From: Dehalococcoidia bacterium | Lineage (GTDB): Bacteria; Chloroflexota; Dehalococcoidia; Lucifugimonadales; JAGWBF01 | Assembly (NCBI GenBank): GCA_965226805.1 | Contig: CBDDDW010000001.1 | Coordinates: forward strand, 24,233-88,232 | Direction: 5' to 3' | Length of the DNA: 64,000 bases | In this document: positions 30,269 through 39,567 of the stretch, piece by piece | Layout: every line of letters begins with the position of its first letter | How positions within the stretch are numbered: the first letter of the stretch is position 1 | Made by a program: the position numbers and the translations under genes | The notes under the pieces: generated by a model | Databases searched by the model: none | What the model saw: the letters and a program-made list of their open reading frames with translations, nothing else | Told to the model about the DNA's origin: nothing

Positions 30269-31203
30269 GGAGCGCTCTCCGGCGGCGAAGTGGTGTCCTC
30301 ACGAGTGACCTCGAGGAAGTAGTCCTCCAGGGAACCTTGTAGCTGAGATAGCTCGCTGACGTGGACTCCCTGCTCGGAGAGGGCGGCCGTGATCTCCGCG
30401 GACCTTTCCGCAGGCGCGTTTACCGTGAGTCCTTTCCTTTCTGGGCTAACCCCCGAGACCCAGGTCAGCGAAGAGATGATCTCTGCCGCCTTGGCGTCGT
30501 CGGTCGTCCTGATTCGCATCGCTGTGCCCCGCCGGGCGAGCAGCTCTTTCACCCGTCCCTGGGCGATAAGTCTGCCCCTAGTGAGAATAGCCACGCTGTC
30601 GCACACCTCTTCCACCTCGTGAAGGAGGTGGCTCGACAGGAGCACTGTGTATCCGTCGGTGCCGAGCTTCCGCACTAGCTCCCGCACCTCTGCCATGCCC
30701 ACCGGGTCCATCCCGTTGGTCGGCTCGTCGAGGATCAGCAGCTCCGGCCTGCCCAGCATCGCGTAGGCGAGGCCCAGCCGTTGCTTCATACCCAGCGAGT
30801 AGGTACGGAACGCGCTGTCAGCTCGCTCTGTGAGGCCGACCATGTCCAGCAGCCGGCCGATCTCATCAGGGCTGCCACGGTGGCTGATGCCCTGGAAGTA
30901 ACGCAGATTCGCGCGGCCCGTCAGGTGAGGATACAAGGTTGGCGACTCCACTATCGCGCCGACGCGGCGTAGCGCCTCGCCCGATCCCGCCGACTCTATG
31001 CCGAACAGGCGAAAGGACCCGGCTGTCGGCCTAACCAGCCCAAGCACCATACCCATTGTCGTAGTCTTTCCTGAGCCGTTGGGTCCGAGAAGTCCGAACA
31101 CCTGACCGCGGGGGACCTGCAGCGAAAGGCTGTCGACGGCCAGGACAGGGCCGAAGCGCTTGGTCAGCCCGCGGGTCTCGATAACGAGGTCGTCCATTCT
31201 CAA
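30265..31203 (-). CDS. ABC transporter ATP-binding protein
   Basis: Walker A GLLGPNGSGKTT, signature YSLGMKQRLGLA, and Walker B LLILDEPTNGMD. Confidence 0.9.
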   Translation of the reverse strand: MRMDDLVIETRGLTKRFGPVLAVDSLSLQVPRGQVFGLLGPNGSGKTTTMGMVLGLVRPTAGSFRLFGIESAGSGEALRRVGAIVESPTLYPHLTGRANLRYFQGISHRGSPDEIGRLLDMVGLTERADSAFRTYSLGMKQRLGLAYAMLGRPELLILDEPTNGMDPVGMAEVRELVRKLGTDGYTVLLSSHLLHEVEEVCDSVAILTRGRLIAQGRVKELLARRGTAMRIRTTDDAKAAEIISSLTWVSGVSPERKGLTVNAPAERSAEITAALSEQGVHVSELSQLQGSLEDYFLEVTREDTTSPPESAP

Positions 31204-31433
31204 TTATCTCCATGTAGCTGTTCTTGTTCCCCGGGCGGGACCCACGGCAGAAGCTCTAAGTGTGAGGGAGCAATCTGAGCAGTGAATCCTCCCACGTGTC
31301 CGTAACTGCCGCCGTACTCAAACGTTCCCTTGATTCGGAGTTTACCATAGCGTTCGAGGGGCCCGATCAACTCCTGCCGGTAGAGCTGTTCGTAAACCTC
31401 TCCTGGTATTGCGTTGTTCTCGATCCAAATCAC
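31200..31433 (-). CDS. hypothetical protein (77 aa), translationally coupled to the ABC ATPase
   Basis: GTG start. Its stop overlaps the ATPase ATG (ATGA). No family was recognised. It lies close to the IS256 left end, so it may be a remnant. Confidence 0.35.
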   Translation of the reverse strand: MIWIENNAIPGEVYEQLYRQELIGPLERYGKLRIKGTFEYGGSYGHVGGFTAQIAPSHLELLPWVPPGEQEQLHGDN

Positions 31434-31548
31434 GTTGCCCTGGGGCCACAGATGCCCCTCGGCACGTCACGTATACTCCAACTTCTCACTCAAGACAGTA
31501 GTTTCGAAGCCCTGAAAATAGAATCCCTCCAGCAGAATGTCTAGTAGA

Positions 31549-32904
31549 GTCCCAGGAAGTGGTGTAACAAGAGTAGAGGGTCTGGATGAAGAGAGACCAC
31601 CACGTCATCCTTAGCGGGCAAAGACGAGCCTGAGAAAGGAGGACAACGGTGGTCAAGGAAAGGATGGACCTGCTTGAGCTAATGCGCAAGAGGGGAGTCG
31701 ACGGTGACGTGGACTTTCTACGAGAGGCACTGAGAGTGCTGGTCGAGGAGATCATGGAGGCTGATGTGTCATCGAGGACCGGTGCTGGGTATGGAGAACG
31801 CAACCCTGAGCGGGTGACCCAGCGCAACGGGTACCGGTCTCGAGCATGGGACACTCGCGTAGGGACCATGGAGTTGCAGATACCCAAGCTGAGGGAGGGG
31901 AGCTACTTTCCGAGCCTGCTGGAGCCACGGCGTCGCAGCGAGCGAGCTCTGCTGGCGGTGATCCAGCAGGCGTATGTGGAGGGTGTATCGACGAGGCGAG
32001 TGGATGATCTGGTCAAGGCTCTTGGGTGCGAGGGTATCTCAAAGAGCCAAGTGTCGCGTATCTGCCAGGAGCTGGACGGGGTGGTGGAGAGCTTCCTGGG
32101 TCGGCCGCTGGACGGCGGATCATATCCCTACCTGTGGCTGGACGCACTAACCCAGAAGGTCAGAGAGGCCGGTAGGATAGTCAACGTCAGCGTGGTGGTG
32201 GCGACGGCGGTCAATAGCGAGGGCAAGCGTGAGATCGTTGGGATGGACGTGGGTACCAGTGAAGACGGCGCCTTCTGGTTAGCCTTCCTGCGCTCACTGG
32301 TCGCCAGGGGCCTCGGCGGGGTGGAACTGGTGGTATCGGACGCTCATCAGGGACTCAGGGATGCCATCGCAACTGTCTTCGGTGGGGCCAGTTGGCAGCG
32401 GTGCCGCACCCACTTCATGACCAACCTGCTCACTCGGGTCCCCAGGAGCGCTCAGCCCTGGGTGGCCACCATGGTACGCACCATCTACCAGCAGCCGTCC
32501 CCTCAGGAAGTGCATGCCCAACTCGAGCGGGTGATTGCTCAGCTCCAGGACCCGTTCCCACAGGTCGCCTCTCGACTGGACGAGGCTGGACCCGACGTCC
32601 TGGCCTTCTCCAGCTTCCCACTCGCCCACTGGAAGAAGATCTGGTCCAACAACCCCCTGGAGCGTCTCAACAAGGAGATACGGCGCCGCACCGATGTGGT
32701 GGGCATCTTCCCTAACCGCCCAGCTGTCCGTCGCATGGTCGGCGCCGTCCTAGCTGAGCAGCACGACGAGTGGGCCGTCGGCCGTCGATACATGACACAG
32801 GAGGTAACCACCTCCAACGAAGCTCTACCCAGAGCCGAACTCGCAGAGGCAGCGGCCTAGACAATATCAACCGGATGACGTACTCTTACACCACTCTATG
32901 GGAC
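31549..32904 (+). mobile_element. IS256-family insertion sequence
   Basis: Imperfect terminal inverted repeats are present: left GTCCCAGGAAGTGGTGTAA (31549-), and the right-end reverse complement GTCCCATAGAGTGGTGTAA (ending at 32904). 16 of the first 19 positions are identical. The element carries a single mutator-type transposase gene. No flanking target duplication was seen. Confidence 0.75.
31649..32860 (+). CDS. IS256-family (Mutator-type) transposase
   Basis: YLWLDALTQKVRE...VVVATAVNSEGKREIVGMDVGTSEDGAFWLAFLRSLVARGL..VELVVSDAHQGL...WQRCRTHFMTNLL is the classic PF00872 pattern. Confidence 0.9.
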   Translation: MVKERMDLLELMRKRGVDGDVDFLREALRVLVEEIMEADVSSRTGAGYGERNPERVTQRNGYRSRAWDTRVGTMELQIPKLREGSYFPSLLEPRRRSERALLAVIQQAYVEGVSTRRVDDLVKALGCEGISKSQVSRICQELDGVVESFLGRPLDGGSYPYLWLDALTQKVREAGRIVNVSVVVATAVNSEGKREIVGMDVGTSEDGAFWLAFLRSLVARGLGGVELVVSDAHQGLRDAIATVFGGASWQRCRTHFMTNLLTRVPRSAQPWVATMVRTIYQQPSPQEVHAQLERVIAQLQDPFPQVASRLDEAGPDVLAFSSFPLAHWKKIWSNNPLERLNKEIRRRTDVVGIFPNRPAVRRMVGAVLAEQHDEWAVGRRYMTQEVTTSNEALPRAELAEAAA

Positions 32905-33156
32905 GTGACCCAACCTCTCCTTCCCAGCTTCCATGAACCCCTTCGTCCAGGCGTAGTAGGAGTGGGGTTTGATTCCTTCCCGTCGGCACAGGTCATTAAC
33001 GGTAGTCTCCCGTCTGAACCCCTCCAAGACGATGCGGATCTTCTCTTCAGGGGTATACTTACGGCGGGTCGCTGCACGGACCTGACGCACGAAGCTTCGT
33101 GTCTCCTGGCTTCGCTCCTCAGCTTGGCTGGCCTGATCCTCTACCTGGGTCATCAA
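32896..33156 (-). pseudogene. IS3-family transposase OrfA (HTH) remnant, 3'-truncated by the IS256 insertion
   Basis: RRKYTPEEKIRIVLEGFRRETTVNDLCRREGIKPHSYYAWTKGFMEAGKERL is IS3/IS911 OrfA-like. The reading frame runs into the IS256 right inverted repeat and stops there (..KERLGHVP*). No orfB is present. Confidence 0.7.
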
Positions 33157-33226
33157 TGACTCCTTTCACTTAGGGTTAATCTACCCCTCTGAAGGAGCCT
33201 CTACCACCCCCAACCTCTTCGGTTTT

Positions 33227-33613
33227 CTAGGCCTCAATAGTGTCCAATTGCGCTGACACCCTACAAACATCGGCAAATACCCAGGTAAAAGCGCAACTCT
33301 TACAACTGTAGGTCATGCCGATTGCTGCGCCTATTACGGGTAGCAATAGGGTGAAGATTAATCCAACGGCTATGAAGACCACTCCAATTGGCCAAAACAG
33401 GGCTGTCACTATAGCACCGATAATGACCACGAATAGAAGCCAACAGCCAATCATCGTGGCCCCAGCAAGGGCACCAAAGCACCCTCCGGCGGGGGGTGTC
33501 ACTGTGCCATCTCCGCACCGGGGACAGGGCATCCATTCGTTCTGCTCTAATGTGCGCCCATCGATATGGTCAAGGAAGGCGTCTGAAACTTTGGGTAGCT
33601 TCAGCAAACTCAA
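33227..33613 (-). CDS. membrane protein with split zinc-ribbon (LITAF-like architecture)
   Basis: A CPRCGDG knuckle is followed by about 60 hydrophobic residues and then a SCKSCAF knuckle. The gene is AT-richer than its neighbours and sits next to the IS remnants. Confidence 0.5.
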   Translation of the reverse strand: MSLLKLPKVSDAFLDHIDGRTLEQNEWMPCPRCGDGTVTPPAGGCFGALAGATMIGCWLLFVVIIGAIVTALFWPIGVVFIAVGLIFTLLLPVIGAAIGMTYSCKSCAFTWVFADVCRVSAQLDTIEA

Positions 33614-33713
33614 GTGAGGTCACTCTACGTCGTTAGTCAGCTCGTGCGAACGCCTTCGAACGAGGGCTATCGGAAGGCCGTCTAAATCCAGTCGCGATGC
33701 CCCTGCTATTTAA

Positions 33714-34835
33714 TCAGGCGGTACAGCTTTCCGGCGCGCAGGTAATCTTGCGGCGCACCCCTTCTTCCAGGCTCCCCAGGTTCTCTTCCAGCAGTTTAAG
33801 GGAGTCGGGCCAGATGCCATCCGGATGAGGATAATCCGAGCCCCACAGGATGTTGTCCTCCCCCACCAGGTGGACCACGTCTGCCACGGTTGTCTCGTGC
33901 TGGAAGGTCGTATAGCCTTGTCGGTGCCAGTATTCGCTGGGTTTCAAGGAGAAGTTCAGGTACTCGAAGAAATCGACGTACTCTTCGTCCATCCGGCCCA
34001 ACACGTATGGTATCCAACTGGCGCCGCATTCCCCGAGGACGAACTTGAACCCGGGATGTCGCTCAAGGGCGCCGGAGAAGATAATGCTGGGGAGGTACTC
34101 AGCGCCGGCCAGCTGGAACAGCGTCAGGAAGGTCGCTTTATATTGAGTGTCATACTCCTTGGCCATCGCTTCGTCAGACGGCTGCCTAACCGTCGGCCCA
34201 GTGGAGTGGAAGGAGATCGGCATTGCACACTCGTCGGCTACGGCCCACAGTGGGTCCCAGTCGCCGTGCCATAACGGTTTCGCCGCCGTAGACACCGCGA
34301 AGTCGGCACCTCTGAGGCCCAGCTTCGCAGCGCGGCGAAGCTCACTGGTTGCCACTTCTGGGTCATCGTTGGGAAGGCAGGCGAGAAGGGCGAATCGGTC
34401 CGGGTTGGACTTGGTGAACTCTGCCGCCCACGTGTTGTAGATCTCGTATACGACCCTAAGGAGCTCGCGGTCCTCCAGGAAACGGTTGACCGCCAGGACA
34501 CCGTAGATCACCTCGGCGTCTACTCCGTCTATCTCCTGGTCCTTTATGCGCAGCTCCGGAGTGGTCGGGTGAGCCCGGCCGTCGAAAAAGCCGACCTCGT
34601 ACATCCGGTCTATGTGCTTGGAAATCCCGGGCTTGGGCGCCTGTGTGTTGGCGAGGCTGCCCATCGGAAGGCTGGCGAGGTCTCTCCCCTCCGCGTACCA
34701 TTTAGGGCCCTCACTTGTGTCGACTATCTGAGGCACCTGCTCCTTCCACTTGGCGGGCGCGTTTGAGACAAAAAGGTCGTGGGGCAGCCACTTTAGGTCG
34801 ATGTGTCCGTCTCCCGAGATTATCCTGTATTCCAT
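33714..34835 (-). CDS. amidohydrolase-2 family hydrolase
   Basis: MEYRIISGDGHIDLKWLPHDLF matches the N-terminus of the 22163 and 23465 paralogues. The WGSDYPHPDG motif is present. Confidence 0.85.
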   Translation of the reverse strand: MEYRIISGDGHIDLKWLPHDLFVSNAPAKWKEQVPQIVDTSEGPKWYAEGRDLASLPMGSLANTQAPKPGISKHIDRMYEVGFFDGRAHPTTPELRIKDQEIDGVDAEVIYGVLAVNRFLEDRELLRVVYEIYNTWAAEFTKSNPDRFALLACLPNDDPEVATSELRRAAKLGLRGADFAVSTAAKPLWHGDWDPLWAVADECAMPISFHSTGPTVRQPSDEAMAKEYDTQYKATFLTLFQLAGAEYLPSIIFSGALERHPGFKFVLGECGASWIPYVLGRMDEEYVDFFEYLNFSLKPSEYWHRQGYTTFQHETTVADVVHLVGEDNILWGSDYPHPDGIWPDSLKLLEENLGSLEEGVRRKITCAPESCTA

Positions 34836-34938
34836 TTTTCGGTCCCCCTGAATATCTAAGTTACACCGGGCTAATTTCCCTGGCGGTCAGCATACGACCA
34901 GCAGGTTGTAATTCATTGACGGGGCGCTCCTGTGAGGA

Positions 34939-35006
34939 TTGCGAAAGTATTAGCAGCGGATAGTATATCATTACGCAGGAATATTGCCCAGAATCTGTCA
35001 TTCTGG
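34939..35006 (+). promoter_or_regulatory. candidate sodN promoter (TTGCGA-16-TAGTAT) followed by palindrome CCAGAAT-N5-ATTCTGG
   Basis: The -35 is at 34939-34944 and the -10 at 34961-34966. The 7-5-7 palindrome is at 34988-35006. This placement would give a leader of about 200 nt before sodN. It rests on pattern match only. Confidence 0.3.
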
Positions 35007-35174
35007 CGGCCAACGTAGGCCGGGGTGAGGGCAGTGCCAATGTCCCGTGCCCTGAAGGTAGGGACCTCGCCCGATGCCCGAGTCGGAGTCCGAGCGGATC
35101 GGCTGTTGCGGTGGCTGGGGCAAAGGGCTAAAATGTCATCTATCAAACTCACATGAAGGAAGGAAGGGAAACCA

Positions 35175-35666
35175 ATGCTGAGTAAACTGTTCAAAGTCGT
35201 GAACTTGGTCTTTCCGGCCCGGGTGGCCCATGCCCACTGTGATATTCCCTGTGGTATATACGACCCTATCTCCGCGAAGATAGCGGCCCAAACGGTATTG
35301 AAAATGATAGCACGGATCAAGGCCATGGAGAGACCCGCAGCCGACGGTGGGCAAGAGGGGTTTGCCACCTATGCCAACACATTGGGCCGGTATATCAGGG
35401 TGAAAGAGGAGCACGCAGAAATCTGCAAGAAAGAATTGGATATCCTCTGGCACGACTATTTCAGGCCGGACCACCTGGAGAAATACCCCGATCTCCACAA
35501 CGTCGTCTGGCAGGCCAACAAGCTGGCCTCAAAGAACAAGCAGTCCGTGGACGAGGACGCGGCCAGACAGCTAGTGGCAACGGTGGACAAAGTGGCCGAG
35601 ATCTTCTGGGCCACAAAGAACGTTACCTATAAGGATGAGGTGGCCGACGTCCGGTACGGGACGTAA
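35175..35666 (+). CDS. sodN: nickel superoxide dismutase precursor
   Basis: A pro-peptide is followed by the Ni-hook HCDIPCGIYDP (consensus HCxxPCGxY). Confidence 0.9.
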   Translation: MLSKLFKVVNLVFPARVAHAHCDIPCGIYDPISAKIAAQTVLKMIARIKAMERPAADGGQEGFATYANTLGRYIRVKEEHAEICKKELDILWHDYFRPDHLEKYPDLHNVVWQANKLASKNKQSVDEDAARQLVATVDKVAEIFWATKNVTYKDEVADVRYGT

Positions 35667-35783
35667 AGGGCTGCCGATTCCCGATAAAAGTTCCCACGTC
35701 CGCTCGGATCGGCCCGGAACGGAAAGACGGGACTAACCGCGGGCCTCGCGTCAGGCCGGGGCCCGACTATTCCAACGGCAGGT

Positions 35784-36413
35784 ATGCCCCTGAGATTCGA
35801 GGGAATATCTATCCCGAAAGGGTCCGGGCGCATACCTGGCTGGGGAGGGCGTTTCCTGGAAGCGGTCCTTAGGTTCTCTCCGGTGTATAAGCTGGCGAAT
35901 CTCCTCACCGCGGTGCGCTTCGTCGTGCACGGAAATAGCATGCAGCCGGCCCTTGACGAAGACCAATACATCATGGTCAGCAGGATGGCCTACCGGTGGC
36001 AAGGGCCCTCTCGCGGCGACGTGGTGGTGTTGCGGCATCCTGAGCGGTGGAACCGGAATTACATCAAGCGCGTTGTTGGCCTTCCCGGCGAGAGGGTCCA
36101 GGTCCAGGGCGAGGCCGTTTACATAAACGGCCAGCTACTGCCGGAGCCTTATCTGAATGGGAGCGGCGTCAGGGAGCAACCCCGTGGCGTGGGCGGCTCC
36201 GTCAACGATGCTGCTTTTGAAAGGACCCCAGATCCCGGGAACGATCAGGTAACCGATTGGCTCCTAGGCGATGACCGATATTTCGTCATGGGAGACAACC
36301 GCGCCGACAGCGACGACAGCCGCGGGCTCGGCCCTGTGCGCCGGGAGTTGATCATAGGCAAGGCCTGGATCCGCTACTGGCCTAAGAGCGCTTGGGGAAT
36401 TATTCGGACCTGA
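35784..36413 (+). CDS. sodX: S26 signal-peptidase-like NiSOD maturation protease
   Basis: GNSMQPAL (catalytic Ser), YIKRVVGLPGERV (Lys box) and GDNRADSDDSR are present. It lies immediately downstream of sodN. The true start may be internal, for example the GTG at 35883. Confidence 0.8.
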   Translation: MPLRFEGISIPKGSGRIPGWGGRFLEAVLRFSPVYKLANLLTAVRFVVHGNSMQPALDEDQYIMVSRMAYRWQGPSRGDVVVLRHPERWNRNYIKRVVGLPGERVQVQGEAVYINGQLLPEPYLNGSGVREQPRGVGGSVNDAAFERTPDPGNDQVTDWLLGDDRYFVMGDNRADSDDSRGLGPVRRELIIGKAWIRYWPKSAWGIIRT

Positions 36414-36425
36414 GAGGGTGACCAC

Positions 36426-37847
36426 GTGGAGAGATCAGACATCCCATTCCTGTCGGCCTCGGAGCTATCGCGACTCATCCAGAAGAAGGAGATCTCTCCC
36501 GTGGAGGCCGTGGAGGCCTACCTTGAGCGCATAGACCGGGTGGATGGAAAGCTGAACTCCTACATTACCCTGCTCCGGGAAGAGGCACTGGCGGACGCGA
36601 GGCAGGCGGAGGAGGAGATAGCTAGAGGCGAATCTCGAGGGCCGATGCACGGAGTCCCGGTGGGCGTGAAGGACCAGTTTTTCACCAGGGGTATCCGCAC
36701 TACCGCCGGGTCCACGATCCTGGCCGACTATGTCCCCGATGAGGATGCCACGGTCATATCCAACCTGAAGAAGGCCGGAGTTATTCTGCTGGGCAAGCTG
36801 AACATGAGCGAGTTCGCCGCGGGCGACACAATCCGGCATCCGTACGGGATTCCCCACAATCCTTGGGATCTGACCAGGTACCCCGGAGGCTCCAGCACAG
36901 GTTCCGCGGCGGCCACCTCCGCTTCTCTCTGCGCTACATCCCTCGGCGAGGATACGGGTGGGTCCATCAGGGGCCCCGCCTGCTACTGCAACCTGGTCGG
37001 CCTCAGGCCCAGCTACGGTAGGGTCAGTCGGCATGGGATAGTGGGCGCCGTATGGTCCATGGATACCGTCGGGCCCATATCCAGGACAGTCGAAGACTGT
37101 GCCATGACCCTCGGGGCGATAGCTGGCTACGACCCCAAAGACCCATACACCTGGAACACCCCCGTTCCGGATTACGTTGACGAGCTGGACGGAAATATCA
37201 GCGGCGTGAGGGTGGGAGTAATCAAAGAGAGGGTGTATGTGGATGGAATAGAGCCTGATATCAAGGAGGGTGTCGTACGGGCTATCGCCGTGCTGGGCGA
37301 GCTGGGAGCATCGGTGGAGGAGGTCTCGCTGCCTTTGACCGTCTACAGCTCCTTTATATTTGCCCCAATCAGCTTCGCCGAGCTTGGGGTCGTTCACCAT
37401 CGCTGGATCAGAGAGAGACTGAGGGACTACGACTCCGGTTTCCAGAAGGCGCTGCAGGTAGACAGCATCATTCCGGCGCAGGCGTATGTCAAGGGCCAGA
37501 AGCTGAGGGCTATCTTACGGGAGCAGGTCCTGGACGCGCTGCGAAGTGTAGATGTGCTGGTACTCCCCACGTCCTCCATCCCCGCCTGGGAGATACCCAC
37601 CAGCGGCGAAATCTCAAGCAAGGAGCAAGTCAGGGCACTCCACTTTGGCCGCAGGAGCTGGACGGCTCCGGCCAACCTCGCGGGAGTTCCCGCCATCTCA
37701 GTGCCGTGCGGATTCACTACAGACGATCCCCCGCTGCCATTCGGCCTTCAGATTATGGGCAGGCCCTTCGAGGACGGCACGGTGATGAAGGTGGCCCATG
37801 CCTACGAGCAGAGCACCGAGTGGCATACCATGAGGCCGCCGGTCTAG
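36426..37847 (+). CDS. amidase (amidase-signature family, GatA-like)
   Basis: The AS motif GGSSTGSAAATSASLCATSLGEDTGGSIRGPA is present. GTG start. Confidence 0.85.
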   Translation: MERSDIPFLSASELSRLIQKKEISPVEAVEAYLERIDRVDGKLNSYITLLREEALADARQAEEEIARGESRGPMHGVPVGVKDQFFTRGIRTTAGSTILADYVPDEDATVISNLKKAGVILLGKLNMSEFAAGDTIRHPYGIPHNPWDLTRYPGGSSTGSAAATSASLCATSLGEDTGGSIRGPACYCNLVGLRPSYGRVSRHGIVGAVWSMDTVGPISRTVEDCAMTLGAIAGYDPKDPYTWNTPVPDYVDELDGNISGVRVGVIKERVYVDGIEPDIKEGVVRAIAVLGELGASVEEVSLPLTVYSSFIFAPISFAELGVVHHRWIRERLRDYDSGFQKALQVDSIIPAQAYVKGQKLRAILREQVLDALRSVDVLVLPTSSIPAWEIPTSGEISSKEQVRALHFGRRSWTAPANLAGVPAISVPCGFTTDDPPLPFGLQIMGRPFEDGTVMKVAHAYEQSTEWHTMRPPV

Positions 37848-37862
37848 CGCCCAGTCTGGGAT

Positions 37863-38878
37863 TCAGACAAGCGAGCCGTGTAGCGCCAGCGTGGCGACCA
37901 ACGCTCGGGTAACGGCGCCCATGAACTCGTAGTCAAGGGTCTCGAGCTGATCGCCGGGCGTGTGGTAATTGGGGTTGCGGTAGTCGGCGGTGTCCGTAAT
38001 CATAATGGCGGGGATGCCGGCTGCCCAGAAGGGGGCATGATCACTCCGAAATATGTCCGCGAGTATTGGGAGGTCGAGCTCTAGGGGTATCACCTCCAAG
38101 TCTGCTACATATTCACGAGCGGCGCTGGAGAATCTCCTCCCGAGGTCTTTTCCAGGACCCATCGCGACTGTGGCGATAAAGTCTCCACGGAAGTCGCGTT
38201 GACGCAACCTATCATAGACTGTGGGAAGAACGAACTGGAAGCCAGGAGGGTGGCTCTGGCTCCCAGGCCCGGAGGTATAGCCGACCATCTCCAGGTTGTA
38301 CAGACCTTCCCAGCGCTTGGCTCTTGCTGTCCCGGCGTAGGCCGAGCTGCCCACCAGGCCCGCTCCCTCGGGCTGCACCTCCTCCATGTCGAAGGCCACG
38401 AACTCGAGGCTCCTTTGGAGCCGCACATTGCCCAGGACGCGGGCGCACTCCAGGAGGACCGCCACACCACTGGCGTTATCGTCGGCCCCCGGCGACCCCG
38501 CTACCGTGTCATAATGGGCCGAGACCGCCACCGGGCGCATTCCGTCCGGGTCGGACCCGGGTCGGTATGCGGCCACGTTGATTCCACGGCGGCCCGCTAG
38601 GTCGAAACTGTGGTGTCGGTAGTCAAGCCGCACTCTTTCAACGAAGCTGTTACGTACTTCATGGCAGAAGTATGCCGGTCCGGGCTGTAAAGCGCTTGGC
38701 GGTCGCCCGTGGAGGACAGGCGGAATACGTGGCCTTCAAGCCTCTCCACGTCCACCTGTCGCACCAGGGAGGAAACCTGATCGGCTGACAATTGCGTCTC
38801 CTCGATAGCCGTGTGGCCGTGTGTACAGGATGATACCAGAAAGAGTAGAGTGTCCCAAGGGATGAGTGACGTGGACAC
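37863..38878 (-). CDS. M28-family aminopeptidase; frame break near 38620-38635
   Basis: Track ORFs 38597-38878 and 37863-38633 overlap. The metal-ligand region AHYDTVAGSPGADDNASGVAVLLE is present. Adding one G at TTG-AC restores ..SLKECGLDYRHHSFDL... Confidence 0.7.
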
Positions 38879-39566
38879 AATCCAAGGTTTACGTGAGAGA
38901 GTGATTCAGTGCACAAGGTGCCCCCGCCTGGTGGAGTATCGCCAGTGGGTGGCTGCGACCAAGAGGCGGATGTACCGAGACCACGAATACTGGGGCAAGC
39001 CCGTGCCTGGATTTGGAGACCCGGAGGCTCGGGTCCTGGTGGTCGGCCTCGCTCCCGCGGCCCACGGGGGGAACCGGAGCGGCCGGGTGTTCACCGGAGA
39101 CAAAAGCGGGGACTGGGTCTACGGTACACTGTATAAATTCGGCTTCGCCAATCAGCCGACTTCCGTCCATCGAGACGACGGGCTGGAGATCAAAGATGTT
39201 TACATAACCGCGGCCGTTCGCTGTGCCCCTCCGGCCAACAAGCCGCTCCGCGAGGAGATGCTCGCCTGTCGTCCGTATTTGCTGGAGGAGCTGGAGCTGC
39301 TCAGAAACCTGCGGGTTGTCGTGGCTCTCGGGAAGATCGCTTTCGATGCCTACCTCGATGCGCTCCGTGAATCAGCTTCATCCGGTGAACCTTTGCCCAG
39401 GCCCTTGCCTGCCTTCGGCCATGGGGCCACGTACGTCTTGCCGTCGGGCATGACGCTCGTTGCTTCGTACCATCCCAGCCAGCAGAACACGCAGACCGGG
39501 CGGCTGACACGGGAGATGTTCGAAGGAGTCTTCGCGAAGGTCAGACATCTTTTGGATGCCGCGTAA
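38862..39566 (+). CDS. uracil-DNA glycosylase superfamily protein (family 4/5; GLAPA motif favours family 5 UdgB)
   Basis: Track ORF 38811-39566. Motifs present are CTRCPRL, VLVVGLAPAAHGGNRSGRVFTGD and SYHPSQQN. The start was chosen at MSDVDTIQ. Confidence 0.8.
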   Translation: MSDVDTIQGLRERVIQCTRCPRLVEYRQWVAATKRRMYRDHEYWGKPVPGFGDPEARVLVVGLAPAAHGGNRSGRVFTGDKSGDWVYGTLYKFGFANQPTSVHRDDGLEIKDVYITAAVRCAPPANKPLREEMLACRPYLLEELELLRNLRVVVALGKIAFDAYLDALRESASSGEPLPRPLPAFGHGATYVLPSGMTLVASYHPSQQNTQTGRLTREMFEGVFAKVRHLLDAA

Positions 39567-39567
39567 T

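Noticed and set aside
31441-31548. The left flank of the IS256 translates (minus strand) to LLDILLEGFYFQGFETTVLSEKL, faintly like the IS3 OrfA segment IVLEGFRRETTVNDL.
   Set aside because: The similarity is short and weak at the nucleotide level. It is also not collinear with the point where the OrfA is interrupted.
32909-33219. 10-nt string CCCAACCTCT present at both 32909 and about 33209, flanking the IS3 remnant.
   Set aside because: It is too short to distinguish from chance. It does not coincide with plausible IS3 termini.
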